Part shown: piece by piece, positions 1 to 13,300 of the stretch
Numbering within the stretch: position 1 is the stretch's first letter
How the letters are laid out: each line of letters begins with the position of its first letter
Assembly (NCBI GenBank): GCA_002633005.1
Contig: NMRA01000011.1
Coordinates: 311,970-375,969 of the forward strand
Direction: 5' to 3'
Origin: Phoronis australis
Taxonomy: Eukaryota > Animalia > Phoronida
Length of the DNA: 64,000 nucleotides
The notes under the pieces: generated by a model
Database searches by the model: none
Told to the model about the DNA's origin: nothing
The model's input: only the letters and a program-made list of their open reading frames with translations
Program-made: the position numbers and the translations under genes

Positions 1-706
1 CCAGTACTGCATTACATAAAAGAATGCCTCCGTTGGGTATATACCGGCAAGACCAAGACGCGGAGCCATTTTAGATGCTATGTCTCATTGAACCGTGAAT
101 ATTTAAATTTGTAGGAAGCGCCACCTTGTGACTTGCTGTAGAACTGTGTGTACAAGTATAATCAGGAAAAGAAACAATTTGTAAAGAAATAGCGGTTTTA
201 AAGAAAACACCACAACTGATACACTTACAAACAAGTTTAAATGTACAGAAAACCCTAGTAATTCCAAATACTATGCAATCTTTATTTGATAGTGAAATGA
301 AAAAATAATAAAAACTGTGACTTGATGATATATTACCATACTCATTTACATAAAAATAGTTTCGCGAAACGAGACTTTCGCTAGATTGTAATGCTAACTG
401 CTTCTCGGGTGGTTTCCGGCACACCGGAAGATCCGGAGTTGTTCAGTGCTTCATGTGTATATTCACAACTTAATGAGACATAACATCTTTAATTTTAGCA
501 GTGAAGCCCCAGTACATACCGTGGAGTGCGGCACGTGATTTATTAAGCGTTCCGAGCGATTGGCCAACTTCTGAGACACTTGCTGCAATCTCCAGTTTGT
601 TGAAGACTGGAGGTGTGTAAATCCTGGAAACTAGCTAGTGGCAATCCCAAACAAAGTGTGGTGTCTGGGGCCTCAAGAGTCGTGATTCTGAGTTGGTTTT
701 ACTCAC

Positions 707-1226
707 CTGAGTGTGGAAGAAGGCGAAAGGTTGCAGACTGATTAACGGCAACATAGTCTGGACCAACTATTGTGGTGTCATTGATACCGTCTGTCACCAT
801 CATTGTGGCATTTACTTCAGCTGACGAAGCAATTAGTTTCGTTTGAAGTTTCACACGAATGGTTTTATTGCCGACGTCTGCAAACGTGTGCCTAAATTTA
901 ACGCTTGTTGGACTAGTGACGATGGCTCTGACCATAGACTGTGTACCCGCAGCGGTTAGATTTGTCTGCGTGTAAACCTGGGAGCCCCCGAGCACTTTGA
1001 AGTCGGTCAGGGTGTCATCGGTTATATTTTGTACAGCGATGATGTGCTTGTCACTTTCATATCCTAGTATGTCTCCTTTCTTCAGCTTAAAATAGTGTGA
1101 CTGGTTTAAACGAAGAATTTGATAACCCGTGCAACAAACGTTCTCTGTGACTGAATGTTTCAATCTATAGCCCGTTGGCGCTTTGATGGAAGAGTATCGC
1201 TCGGAAACAGATTCATTACACGTTGT
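707..1226 (-). CDS. Polycystin-like gene exon 7 (5' end lost at the N at 1227)
   Basis: Open frame ...YFKLKKGDILGY...FRHTFADVGNKTIRV...GPDYVAVNQSATF (PKD-like strands); donor G|GTGAGT at 706. Confidence 0.8.
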
Positions 1227-4200
1227 NTAGTTCTGCTTGTCGCGTCGGCTGTTGGTATCATTATCTCGATTTATTACCCACAACGCGTGACTGGACAAAG
1301 CCTTTTCAAATTAGCCCGGTGGAGCGTGAGACCCCTGAGGTCCCAATCGAGTCCTCACGACAACTTCGCGTTATGTGGTCACATTAATAGGAAGATTAGT
1401 GACAGGCGATCGAGTTCGGACCGAGGAGACTAGTAGCATAGAGAGTGACGACCGGGATCAGTTGGCAGCCCACTGTTAAAGTAGAAAGGGCCCTACATAG
1501 CTGATCAACCTGGCTTTCGAAAATATAGACCCGACACTGATAGCGCGCGCTGGTAAGATAGTGTGCTTACTTTCGAAATCCTAGCGAAATCTGCTTTTAC
1601 ATTTGCGTGATCTCGTCAAGTACGCGCCTCTGTATGACTTGACGTTCTGTGCTACGACAGGAAACTTACACTTAATAAACGTAATTTCTTAACTGCTTCA
1701 TGTAATAAAGTAATAGGCCTACCTATAGTTACATTATTATATTATTTTGGAAATGGTCATATTCCTTCAAGGTCGTTATCTGAAAATGAGCATTACCTTA
1801 AAAGTGACAGTCCCGGTGCCGATTGCCATGTATTCGAATTCTGTGACGTAGGAGTCTTGATGCACCTCCGCTGACGGAATTACTCGGTTAAAGTCTGATG
1901 TTGAAACGTGTCGTGAAGGGTCGCCTTCGGGCGTGACAGGTCCCACGCCTTCAATCAGTGGATCTGAAAGGAGTTGGAATAGAACAGACATCGATTTTTT
2001 TTAATAAAATGTGTATGTAACGCCGCACGTGATATTGAAACGGTTTTGGCAGAGACATCTGGGGCATGCTCGCCCGGTCGTAGCTAAGCGGTCATGCAGT
2101 GTTTCTGTTAAGAGAAGCGAAACACGTTGACAGAAAGCGTGATGTTACATTACTTTGGTCGTCTAGGAGATTCTGACCCTGACTACTTCTCTATGGGAAA
2201 TCTCATTAAGTCAAAAGTAGTGACTGGAAAATCACGAGTTAAACTCTTGTTTTAGAAAACACATGCTAATCTGTACTGTATGGTTCACGAACCCTGTGAC
2301 CTGAGCTCCAGATTTCAAAAAGTTGTTTTTGTGGGTATTACTGTTTTGAACACAAATTTCAGTGCAAGGGAATAGGCCACCGCCATATTGTCTGTGTTCA
2401 CTTTGGAGTGGTTGCTAGGGAGTGACGTACACACTTTCCGAGACGGACCCTATTTAACTAACGTTATGTTTATCTCAGACCGTATTCACACTCAACGACC
2501 CAAGATCTTTATAAACAACTTGATATGCGGAACAGTAGATCGGTAAAAGTGTAGTCTTAGCTACCATTTGGTGCCACAAGCTTTGATAAAACTGGCCCCT
2601 GGATTCTGTTGGCGAAATAATGATCTCGTCTAGTACTCTGGTTTGATTTGATTAGCGCTTCTTAAAAGTTTTATGTATAATGTATAACCTCGTTTTCTGA
2701 TACAGAATGCCATAATTGACTAGCATTGTGATTGACACAAGCTGAGAACCGTACAATCCAAATTGAAAGCAGTAGTATCTTCCTGTCAAACAAAAGTGAC
2801 ATTTTCGTAGAGTGAAATGCAAATTGGGTGATATTTGATGTCAATTAGCCGATCAATACCGATCAAATAGATTTTAAATACGTGTGCATTAACGTACAAG
2901 TTACCTTGCACTTGGCTGCTTTCTGACAACAAAATCTGACATTTCGGTGGTTGAGAAAGCTTTTAGGAAAAGGGATCATTCGAACACACTTCTGTCCCAG
3001 GCCTATATCCGACATGTTTTTTCAACGAAAATTTTGTTCAGGTGTTTCGCATATAGGCGCATACGCCAAACCTTGGCTAGTAGGCGCAGGTGGGTATCTC
3101 TTCCCCATGTGAATGGTTGAAACTGGGCATATTTTGCACGTACTTTTGTCCATAATTTCAAATTCAATGCACACATACTTCTTACCGTTTTATAGTTAAC
3201 GGAGTCACTTTTCATTCTCATAACGTTTAAAAAATTGTTTCCTGCTTTTACCCATGTATTTCACACAAAGGCGCGTGTGCCTAATTCCGGATTAAGGCAC
3301 AGCGGATAGATATAGTCTCATGGACCGTGCATATACAGTAATTCGGCGCATGCAATCACGACTAAATATCCATTTTTTCCTACTTCAATCCGTTTCAATT
3401 CTGGCTAAATCTCCACAAAAGCTGTTCATTGGCTGCGCAGCACTTAAAAAGTGAGGGCTATATCCCCAGCCCCCCTTGTGGTGCACCGCCCATAGACCAT
3501 GGGCGGCGCAGCACTGAAAAAAGTGGGAGGCTATAGCCCCCAACTCCCTATGGTGCGGCGTCTAGTTTATTTTGAACACTGTAACTGTTCTAGCTTTTAC
3601 GGCAGTAGTGTTGTTCTGTTAACGCTGGACTAAACTCCTACTGTTGACATTACTATCAGCTTTATTCTCACGCAATCTGATGCGGTAGATCAATGACACT
3701 ACTGGCTTTTTGCCAAATTGCAACGTGCACACGCATCTATAAATAGTTAATATTGCCTTATTATGCCTGATATTTGTAAAGCTAATAGTAAGATGTGACG
3801 GAACAATTTGATAACACCACTCTTCAGCCACAGTAATCCAAGAAAAATATGAATAAAAACTACAACTTTTCTAAAATATAACGAGATGTTTCGACGGTAA
3901 AACACCCACCATTGTCAATCTCTATTCAGAGAATGGATGCCAGGATGGCTACAGGTACAGTACACAGAAAATTCCAAAAACGCACAAAAATGCCAGAACA
4001 GGATTGGCAAGCAAACATTGTGTGTGTGTGTTTTTTTGTTTTTTTTTTTTTAATTTTATGTCTGTAATTGTACATGTAGCCATCCTGGCATCCATTCTCT
4101 GAAGAAAGCTTGACAATGGTGGAAGTTTTTCCGCCGAAAGGTGTCGAAACATTTTAGAAAAGTTGTCTTTATTCAAACTTTACTTGTGTTCGTCAGCACA

Positions 4201-4326
4201 AATTCAAGAAAACAACGCTTTGGTACTCACTGTCAATATTCATATTTTAACAAGTAAAAACGTCTAGTATATACATACGTACACACACACGCGCACGTGC
4301 ATACATATACGCATCTTAACGCGTAT

Positions 4327-4360
<34 letters not shown>

Positions 4361-7300
4361 ACGTACATACATGCATACATACATGGACACCTTATTCACG
4401 CAGTCGCCTTTTCAGTAATGAGCCTCTTTTCAGGTTTAAAAACAAAGCATTTGAGCCATAAATGTGAGCATGCGAAACAAAATTACGCTTTGCGTTGTGA
4501 TTAAGCGGAGAATGTATTGTTTTTAAAACCTAAAAAGGGGCTCATTTTCAAATGACGACTGAGTGAATAAAGTGTATGTACACCGTAGAGTGTGATAACT
4601 TAAGGAGAAGGCAACCTTTTGTCATGTCATTTTTAGTACAAAATATAGTTCGTTGATTATCCCAGACATATTTTTCAGTTAATAAAGGCTTCCCGTTATT
4701 TTATCAATTAGTTGTGAATTACTCCGGAAGTGACGTTGTGGGGGTAAGGATTTCTCGCCATTTTTTTTTCATATAGTATGACTGTGTGAGCTATCGAGTC
4801 AGTCATTGTTTTACCTCGATTGCGATAAGTTCGGTCGTCGTTTGCGTTTGTTTACGAGTCGGTCAATATGCCCCACGGTTGCTGCATACCGGGCTGGGCT
4901 CGTTATTTTCTCACGCGCACCTTAGGTATGCAATTGCATCGCTTTCCGAAAGATGGCACACTCCACTCGTTCGTGTGAAAAATGCAGCGTTACCCGTCCA
5001 TGCAACGTACAAAACAATGAAGAATTACCGAGCGAGTGGCAAGCATTTTCTACCGTCGCATTACAAAAGAGATGTGTAGGCGGAATTAATGAAGGTTCCT
5101 GCAAAACAACGCTGTTGCTTCCTCGCATTGCCACTTCACCACCCCTGAGAAGCCGAGAAGTGCATTTTTGAAGCGAGAAGCCTCCCGGGCTGTGGCCTCT
5201 ACAGTTACTGGAGGCCCTTCATCTTCTGTCACCCGTGCCTAAGAACGTACCCACAGAGCGTACAATTCCGAGAACTAGTAGTGATTCGTCCTGTGCTGGT
5301 GTTGTCTCCAGTCCAGAGCCTTTAAGCAGCCCTGCAGCGATGTTGCGTAATGGGAATGAAAACAGACCCATTTTGACAACGAGCGAGGAGGACAGTTCGT
5401 CGTCATTTCCGGAGTAGGGAACGACTAAATAATAAATTTACGGAAAGCCGTAATGGAATGAAACATGTGTCTGGGATAATCAACGAACCGTATTTTTACT
5501 AAAAATGACATGAAAAAATGTTGTCTCCTCCCTTTTATAGAACATATGATGCAGCTAAAAATGCTTCTCTCTGAACCCGAACTCCGTTAATGTTTAGATA
5601 TTTCCTTTACTACAAGTGCAAACTCAAAATGAGTGTCTGCTCGACCATGTTATAGTTTATGCGAGTGCGTTTCTAGTCCAACTTCTCACTTTATGGCATT
5701 CGGATTCGCGATAGAAACCCGAGTCGAGCATTCGAAGTCCTGCAAGACCATTTCTATTGTTTAAATAAGAAATGTGACCACTATCCAACCATTCAAGAGG
5801 ATTGATCAGACAGAACGCTTTCATCTGATATCTCCGTGTATGGTATGAGGTAGGACAAGTGGGCTATTTTTGGAATCAACTTCACCTGAAAATTTACTAA
5901 GTAACGTGATCTAACAGTAATATTACCTGGTATTAGTATCGTCTGGCTTGCTTCATTTCCGAATTCGATGCTTGCGGACACAGATGTTCCAGTGTATACT
6001 GAAGCTGTGCATTCAACCTCCTCAAACGTCGCTGTCAAATTTGGACAGGATAGATCTACTCTGCCAACCGGAGACAGGACGGAAACGCCAGTCGTCGCGG
6101 CGATTTGCTACAAACAAATCATTACAAATCATGTATGTGACCGTCTCAATTTTCTTGAATTTCGCTTTTCTTGGTTGAACAGACAACTAGCTCAACTGCA
6201 AGCAACTGGTCGTTTAAAGTGTGGTAATTAAAGGCTATTTTCCATACAGATAACTTCGCTACAATCGAAGCTTCGAAGTTAACTCTGGTTAATCCCGTTC
6301 ACAATTTTAGTGCAGCAAAATTATCACAAGGCGGCGCTAATATGACCTTCACGTTTTGCAAATACGGACGTCATTCTGACACTTTCAGTAATTTTTTAAG
6401 GAAAGAATCCAGCTTATATTGCCAAAATAACAAATATTGGAGCAAAATATTAACAAATAGTAACTAGTTACTGTCCGCGAACGCAGTGACACCTGCCGAT
6501 AACTTCGGTGAAATCGAAGTTAAGTATTCTCATTATACCGAAGCGTCGACGCTTCGCTATTAAGTTCACCTCTTAAGTTTGGACTAGTGATGTTGACTTC
6601 GATAAAAGACGGAAGTTAAGTGGTCCCACTAACAGAAGCTTCGGTAATACCGAAATTGCAAAGGTGACATGAGCAAAACGTCACATAGGTTTGTGTGTAT
6701 AAGCCGATACAGACATGAAATTTACCCGTTTTTTTCTTGCAAATTTTGTCAATTTTTATCGTATCTGAAATCCAATGTTCTCTGGCAGACTACGCTCGAT
6801 TGCGTCTTCGCTTGTCAACTCGGCTCTCTTTCAGTTGACGTCGGAAGGGTCGTTTTTAATTAAGAGAAACGTGTCAGTGAGTCAATTGGCCGACAGGATC
6901 TCAATTCTGTAGACCAATGTGAACGCCTTGTGGATTGCGTAAGCATTTACTGTCCTTTCTTGATTTGACTGCTTGAGGGGCTCCACTTTCGCGTGAGATT
7001 TCGTCTTCAACCTCAGTACATTACTCGAGTAGAGTAGGGATTGATCTACACAGCAAATTGCATTCAGTTTAACCGAACACAGAAATTATCCGTTGGCTAG
7101 AGTAATGCAATAACAGCGCGTCAATGAAAAATTTTATACGCCGGAATGACACGGGTCATTCCTAAGATTTCTTCTTCTTCTTCAGCGTTCCCGGCCTTGT
7201 AGCTTAGACAGTCAGTCTGGTCTTTTGGGCGAAGTCTGCAGTTTGCCGCAATGATGCCGTTGGGCCCCACAGTTTTACCTCGAGTTCCATCGGACTGGGC

Positions 7301-10300
7301 CATGTTTGGCGCCTTAGGGAATCGAACGTAGGGCAGCTCTGCAGTAAATGCTGAAGTGTCCTAAGATAATTCCCGAAGGTACACGCTCAAATCGTTAGTT
7401 GGGGTACAAATGCTACGTATTATTAAAGAGAAACGAATCCTTTATATACAGGTAGTGGTATGAAATGGAGGCTCGGTGTTGGGGAAATCTGGGTTGTGTT
7501 CCCCAGAAAAAAATTTTGGCGAGAAAAGTGACATCGCCCAACACCACATGGTATCAGGCAAGTAAAATATAAGCAGTTCGGTACCTTACTCACGAGCAGA
7601 AGCAAAATGGATGCCACTGAAATGATGGGGCGGCGAGGCTTGAACGTTGAATTATGTGACTAAGGTGTAAGTAAACGTTATTTCCATTCTTAAGGCCAAG
7701 ACCTGTCGCAGCGAGTGTCCTGCGACTGTTTCACGTTTACTGAACGTATCACGCCCCCAATCGACGCGTAAACATGAAAGTAACGCCGTGAGCAGACTAG
7801 ACTGAACCATTAACAATAATACATGGACCACCAACTCTGTATATTCTCAAAGCACAAAGTTTGTGAGCTTGCGCACAAACCGCCACCACCGCGACGTTAC
7901 AATTCATTGGTGTTTTGTACGTTTTAATTCCGGCAAGTACATCGTCTGCTCAGGGAAGCTGAGCTATGCACTAGAAAGGAGTGGCTTCTCCTCTCGGAAT
8001 TCCATAAGAAAATATTGGACTTGCAAATAAGTTATCTATGATCTAAGCTACAACCAACATTCATCGTTTTGTAGCTAGTTTGGACTGTCTTTGCTATTAG
8101 AAAAGTTGTCAACTGAGAAAATAAACTAATTTGGAGTTTAGCAACAGTTATTTGCTTTCCGGCACAATACATCCCCTTACATTGAATGTTTTGTTGACGT
8201 CAGTTGCGTGAACATGAATAGCATAGACGCCCGGTATGGGAAATTGGAGAGTAAAATTCAATGACGTCAGCCATTCTCCTCGTCCTGTGCCGTCTCCTTT
8301 ATCCACTTGATACGTCATGCTGTCTGAGTTGGCAGATACTTGAAATAGATGCTCGGTCGAGGTCTTCAAATATCCTCTTGGGTAGGCATTTACTGTTAAG
8401 TTCTGAAATGAATAATAGAACAAGCGAATCGCATTAATTTTCCCCCACAAACTTATTGCCAGTTTCTGTTCCTCAGTTTTTATTATATGGGCCCCGTTTT
8501 ATCAAAGGTCGTACGCCCGGTCGCAGATAAGACCGTCGTAAGCACATTATTGCGAACACGACGCCGCATTTATTTATTTAATAGAGTGAAACATTGCAAT
8601 TAACACTAAGATCAGATACTTTTTCTTGTCGAGACGCCTTCATGAGCCGCGTTAATTAACTGCGTGTAATTACAGCAAGTTACGACCGTCTCAGCTAAAG
8701 GAGATGACTGTATTTCGTTTTTGATTTGCGGACAGGCACGCGTATTATTTTGTGCACTGCCTGTTGGATCAAATCAACAGTTAAAAAACGGATGATGCGA
8801 TTTGGGATTGGCCGGCTGAGGCATTTCCCATCTACATGTACTCTTCAAGTTCTGTCGCTTTCTGTTAAGTATTGAAGTTGTGACGATTGTTGTCTTTGAT
8901 CATCGTCTCTCTGTTGTTGAAAATAGATGAACTGGAGTCCACACAAAACGAAGTACATAGCCTTGTGTCACGTTGATAATCGACTAGTTGAAATTGTTAC
9001 CATGTTTGAACGTTATTAATGTCATGTGCGTGAGTTTATATAATTAGCAAGCTGTGTAATTCTGTCATGTATAAAAAGGTGGTCAATTTATAGATCAGTT
9101 TGTTGGTATTTCTCTGATAAAATACCTACGATAATTCAGTTTGCTTGTCGCATACCAAGAAATAACGATTCATTATATTATTCAAACATGGCTATTCTCA
9201 TTTTTACAAAACGGCAAATTGATTGTCATGTCACGCGACCGTGGGACACTGCCGATATTGTAGTGCCGTTTCAGATAAATACGCGTAGTCTTCGTTTTGA
9301 TATTGTCATATTGATTTAAACACTAGTCTTTCCAACAATTTTAAGGGCGTGTCACCAGTCGGAACAGGTCGTCATTAGTCTCCCAATTAACAGAAAGGTA
9401 TTATGACAGGTAACACCCCCAATTGCATTCAGTTGCTCGATACATCCTGCCACTGCAAAAATGTAATAATACACTATTGGAGATGCAACCATGCACGACT
9501 GGTCGTGTCACCGTGTAAGACCTGTATACGACTTTTTACGTGAGACGTTTTGAACATGTCCATCAACCTAGCTACGACCACTTTTGGTTTGGCGATGACT
9601 CACTACCCCTACAGTCACGATTTTACATCGATATCGTAGCTTGGTCTTAAGGGCGCTGTGACCGAACTTAAGACCTTTGATATGGGGCTTCTTAAGACCG
9701 GGCGTGCAACCTTTGATAAAACAGGTATCTGATTCAGTACCAGTAATTGACGTAACACTAACACGAATTTTCAGAAGACTGCAATATTTATTTGAAGTTT
9801 TCCCATGGCGTGTTTTTTGTGACAAATGTAATTTAAAACGTGGCTCCGAGACAACGATTTAAACTTTAATTTGGTTAACATGTTTTATTTTAACGTAGTT
9901 CCCACTTGAATATATTCTTAAAAAGAAAAATTGAAATCTTCTGTACCTCGAAAGTTCAAAATCTATCTTTAATTTTGCATCATGTAATTTTTTACTGTTT
10001 GTTCTTTTGCGTTGCATTGATTATTTTATTAATTTATAACTTTTATGAAATTGAATTGATACGCACAGTAATAATTTCTAGTTATCTTGGATGTCTCTGG
10101 TTTCAGGGTCTTATACCATACACAGCCATCCAGAATCATTCATGCTATTATTTTGTGTTTTTTATTTTTGTGCATTTCTATTCTTAAGAAACGTTTTCTC
10201 TCTGTAGGGCTCGGGTATCGGGTGTTAAATCCAATATACGGATACTTATTACCAAAACTGTAAAGTAAACCTGAATGGTTCAACGAATTATCGCGCCCTC

Positions 10301-13300
10301 TAAATCTTTCACTTCCACAACAAACATTTATTTGCACACACCTGCATGGATATCACCACTTTGTATACGCTGAGATGCGTGTGGCTACCACATTTCACCC
10401 CAGCCTTGCCGGAACACTGAACATCGCATGCACCGTCGCCATCTTTCGGCAATGTCAGAGTTTGGGAACAGAAGCAGAATCTGCCGGCGTATAGTCCTGC
10501 GTATTCGTATGAGAAACGTGAACATTCAGTCATGCAGTCTCCTGGAATTAGGTTTTGAAAGTCATAATTGCTTGGGTTGATCTTGAACTCGCGATCTTCT
10601 CTGTTCTCTCGATAGCATCCGAGAAGATACCCTGGAAATGTACACAGATACAAAGAGATTTGTATTTGCTGATTGTAAAGAATGACTCGGACCTTTACTG
10701 CGTGTGCAAAAACAAAATCTTGTACAAACCTTGTGTCGTTTAGTTTCTTGGAGATTTACAGGAAGATGCACGTGACTTATTATGTCAGATTTGTATTATT
10801 CAGAGTGTTACTGTGGCAGTTAAATTGATACCAGTATACTGGCCGTCTATTGGTAAAAGTTTCTTCAAAAAATCCGAAATTTCCGTGCCGTAAAAAGAAA
10901 TTTCTTATCTTTTCAATTTTTAAAAATGATCTTTCAGTCGCTTGTCAGCTAGCCGATTTCATCGCATGATGCAACATGCAGCTCTGTTTGAAAATGTAGC
11001 ATCTCGACCTGTTGAAACGAAAGTCAATGAAAACATGCTGACTTTGACAGAAAATATCATGTAAGCACCTGTGCTCATGTATCACCAATTGGAGGAAAGT
11101 TTGAAAGATTGTGCTACACATAACTATTTATTTCGAGTGAAGTTTCAAAAACGGTAGACTTGGAGATTTTGTCGGGAAATTCTCGCCCATGTGGAATTGA
11201 AATATTCTCCCGTACTCGTAAAAGGTATTTTCTGCAAGAACTGCTTAAACTGTATTTTTCCTGTATTTTTGCGTTCACGTCACTTCACATGACAACTTGG
11301 TCATATTATCACTGCACTAATAGACATATTAAGGCTCAATACCTTTTAGTTTAACAGCTCAGCACTGGTGATTACTACTGCACTGGATATGAAATATTGT
11401 TTAAAAGATTTTATTAGTATCAGAATACTGTATCTAAATCGATATAGACACATAATATCTATTACATTAGATAGCGCGTTCCAGTCACGATGCTCCTGCA
11501 TATGACCTCGAAATAAAAATCACTAGGCAGTGAACAGCTAAATAAATACTAGAGATTTATAGCATATTCAAGTTGCGTCGAGTGGTCTTGTTATTCAGGC
11601 ATTTTTAATCTTTCTGTCTTGAGTGCATGATTTACCTCTGCGAATGAATTGCAGCGTCTGTTTACAAAAGAAAATGACAATGTCAAAGTATGAAGGATCA
11701 TTAATTCTGAGAGAGTAATAAGTATGCCACTTCCTTCTTTCAAAGGCTTAAAATTCAATTAAGCCAGAAGCAAAATGTGCTTTGATAAAAGCCTTTGAGG
11801 GCAGTTCTTCCTAAGCAACACCGATGAACAAATGAATTTTTGAGTCATGATGAACGTTGCAGTATGAATTTGTGCCACAACTGTAACTGCGTTTCTGTAA
11901 CTAATGTGTTAAACCTCAGACCGTATCGTATGATTTCTTTCGCCTTTTTATTTAATTTCATTCCGGATTTCTGCAAACACACCCTCTCTTAATATAGTTC
12001 TTTATTCACAAAGTTTTCCGAATATAATCCCCTGGGCTCATATGCACTTTTGGGGCCACAGTAAAACATCTCTACGGTTTCCTAAAATGTGCATTGTCAG
12101 TGAGTTCCAAACAAAACAAGACAACATGAAAATGAGAACTAGGATTTATAACTCAGGGAAAATATCGGTTTTACGCATTTTTGGATTATTTTTTGGATGG
12201 GATAGACTTCTTGAAGTTGTTATCTTTGACCAGAGCTACCAAACAACAAAATCCGTTGTTTTGTGATTTCATTAAAAATCGCCAATTCTCGCTGTTTCAA
12301 CCAGACATTCGCTGAAATCAAGACCGGTGGTTTAACCAATTAATACACTTAAGAGGCTCTGCCTTTTAGTGAGTGGGACTTAACTCTGCCAGCAGGGAGT
12401 TAAACGGTGACCGCAGGGGTTGCGGATTCCATTTCACGATGAAGCTGATGTCAGAAAATCAATTGTCTCGCCAACAATGCCTCTTTAAATAGCTTTCTGC
12501 ACCATTTAATTCGCATTATCGGCTATAAAAATGTTTTTTCTGAGACCAGTCCCATCATGGAACCGAGCTTGAAACTCTCGCAACACAGCAGACTCTTTCC
12601 GTTTTGTATTAGTTAAAAACTTCATGAAACGAATTTAACGCAAGTTAGTTCAGTCGAAACGTAACCCGAAAAAACTCTTATTCAACACAGCTACAAATAT
12701 TTTCTGACTTAACTGAATTTTGGATGATTTTTTAGTTAAATGTCCATTTTTGGTGGTGCAGCACAATCTAAAATGGCCGCCGTACTGATTGATAGCTCAC
12801 TTATCCATTATGGGTTCTCACTCAACTGCCGCCATATGCAATGAGATTTCCGGTTAAACCGCGCGCAATTTTTTTCAAAAATATCAATCAGTTGTAAAAT
12901 AAGGAGAATACAAAGGGAGATGAAAATTACGAAATGTTTATTATTTAGTGTTATCTTTCGACTGACAATATCCTTTGTTCTAAGGTGGTTAATGTAAACA
13001 CAAGAGTGTCTTTCACAGCTTTCATCGATGATGTCACCGGCCTTGACAAGCGAGAATTGGCGGTATGCAATGAAATCACGAAAACACAAGAGATTTCACT
13101 TTACAATCTATCCAATTCAACAACAATGAAAAAATGCGTTTTTTCAACCACAGTAACGACAGTGTCCATTTAACGCTCTCAACTACTATTGATCGCTATG
13201 TCAAAGTCGCTGCGCTCTTCTCTGTTTAAAGACGAAGGTTTATATTTTGGCACTAGAAAGGTATTATAACCAGAGACTCGCAGTACTGCATGTTTTAGTA

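Noticed and set aside
1228-1298. N-terminal part of ORF 699..1298
   Set aside because: It lies across the N at 1227 and is probably intronic sequence joined to a truncated exon
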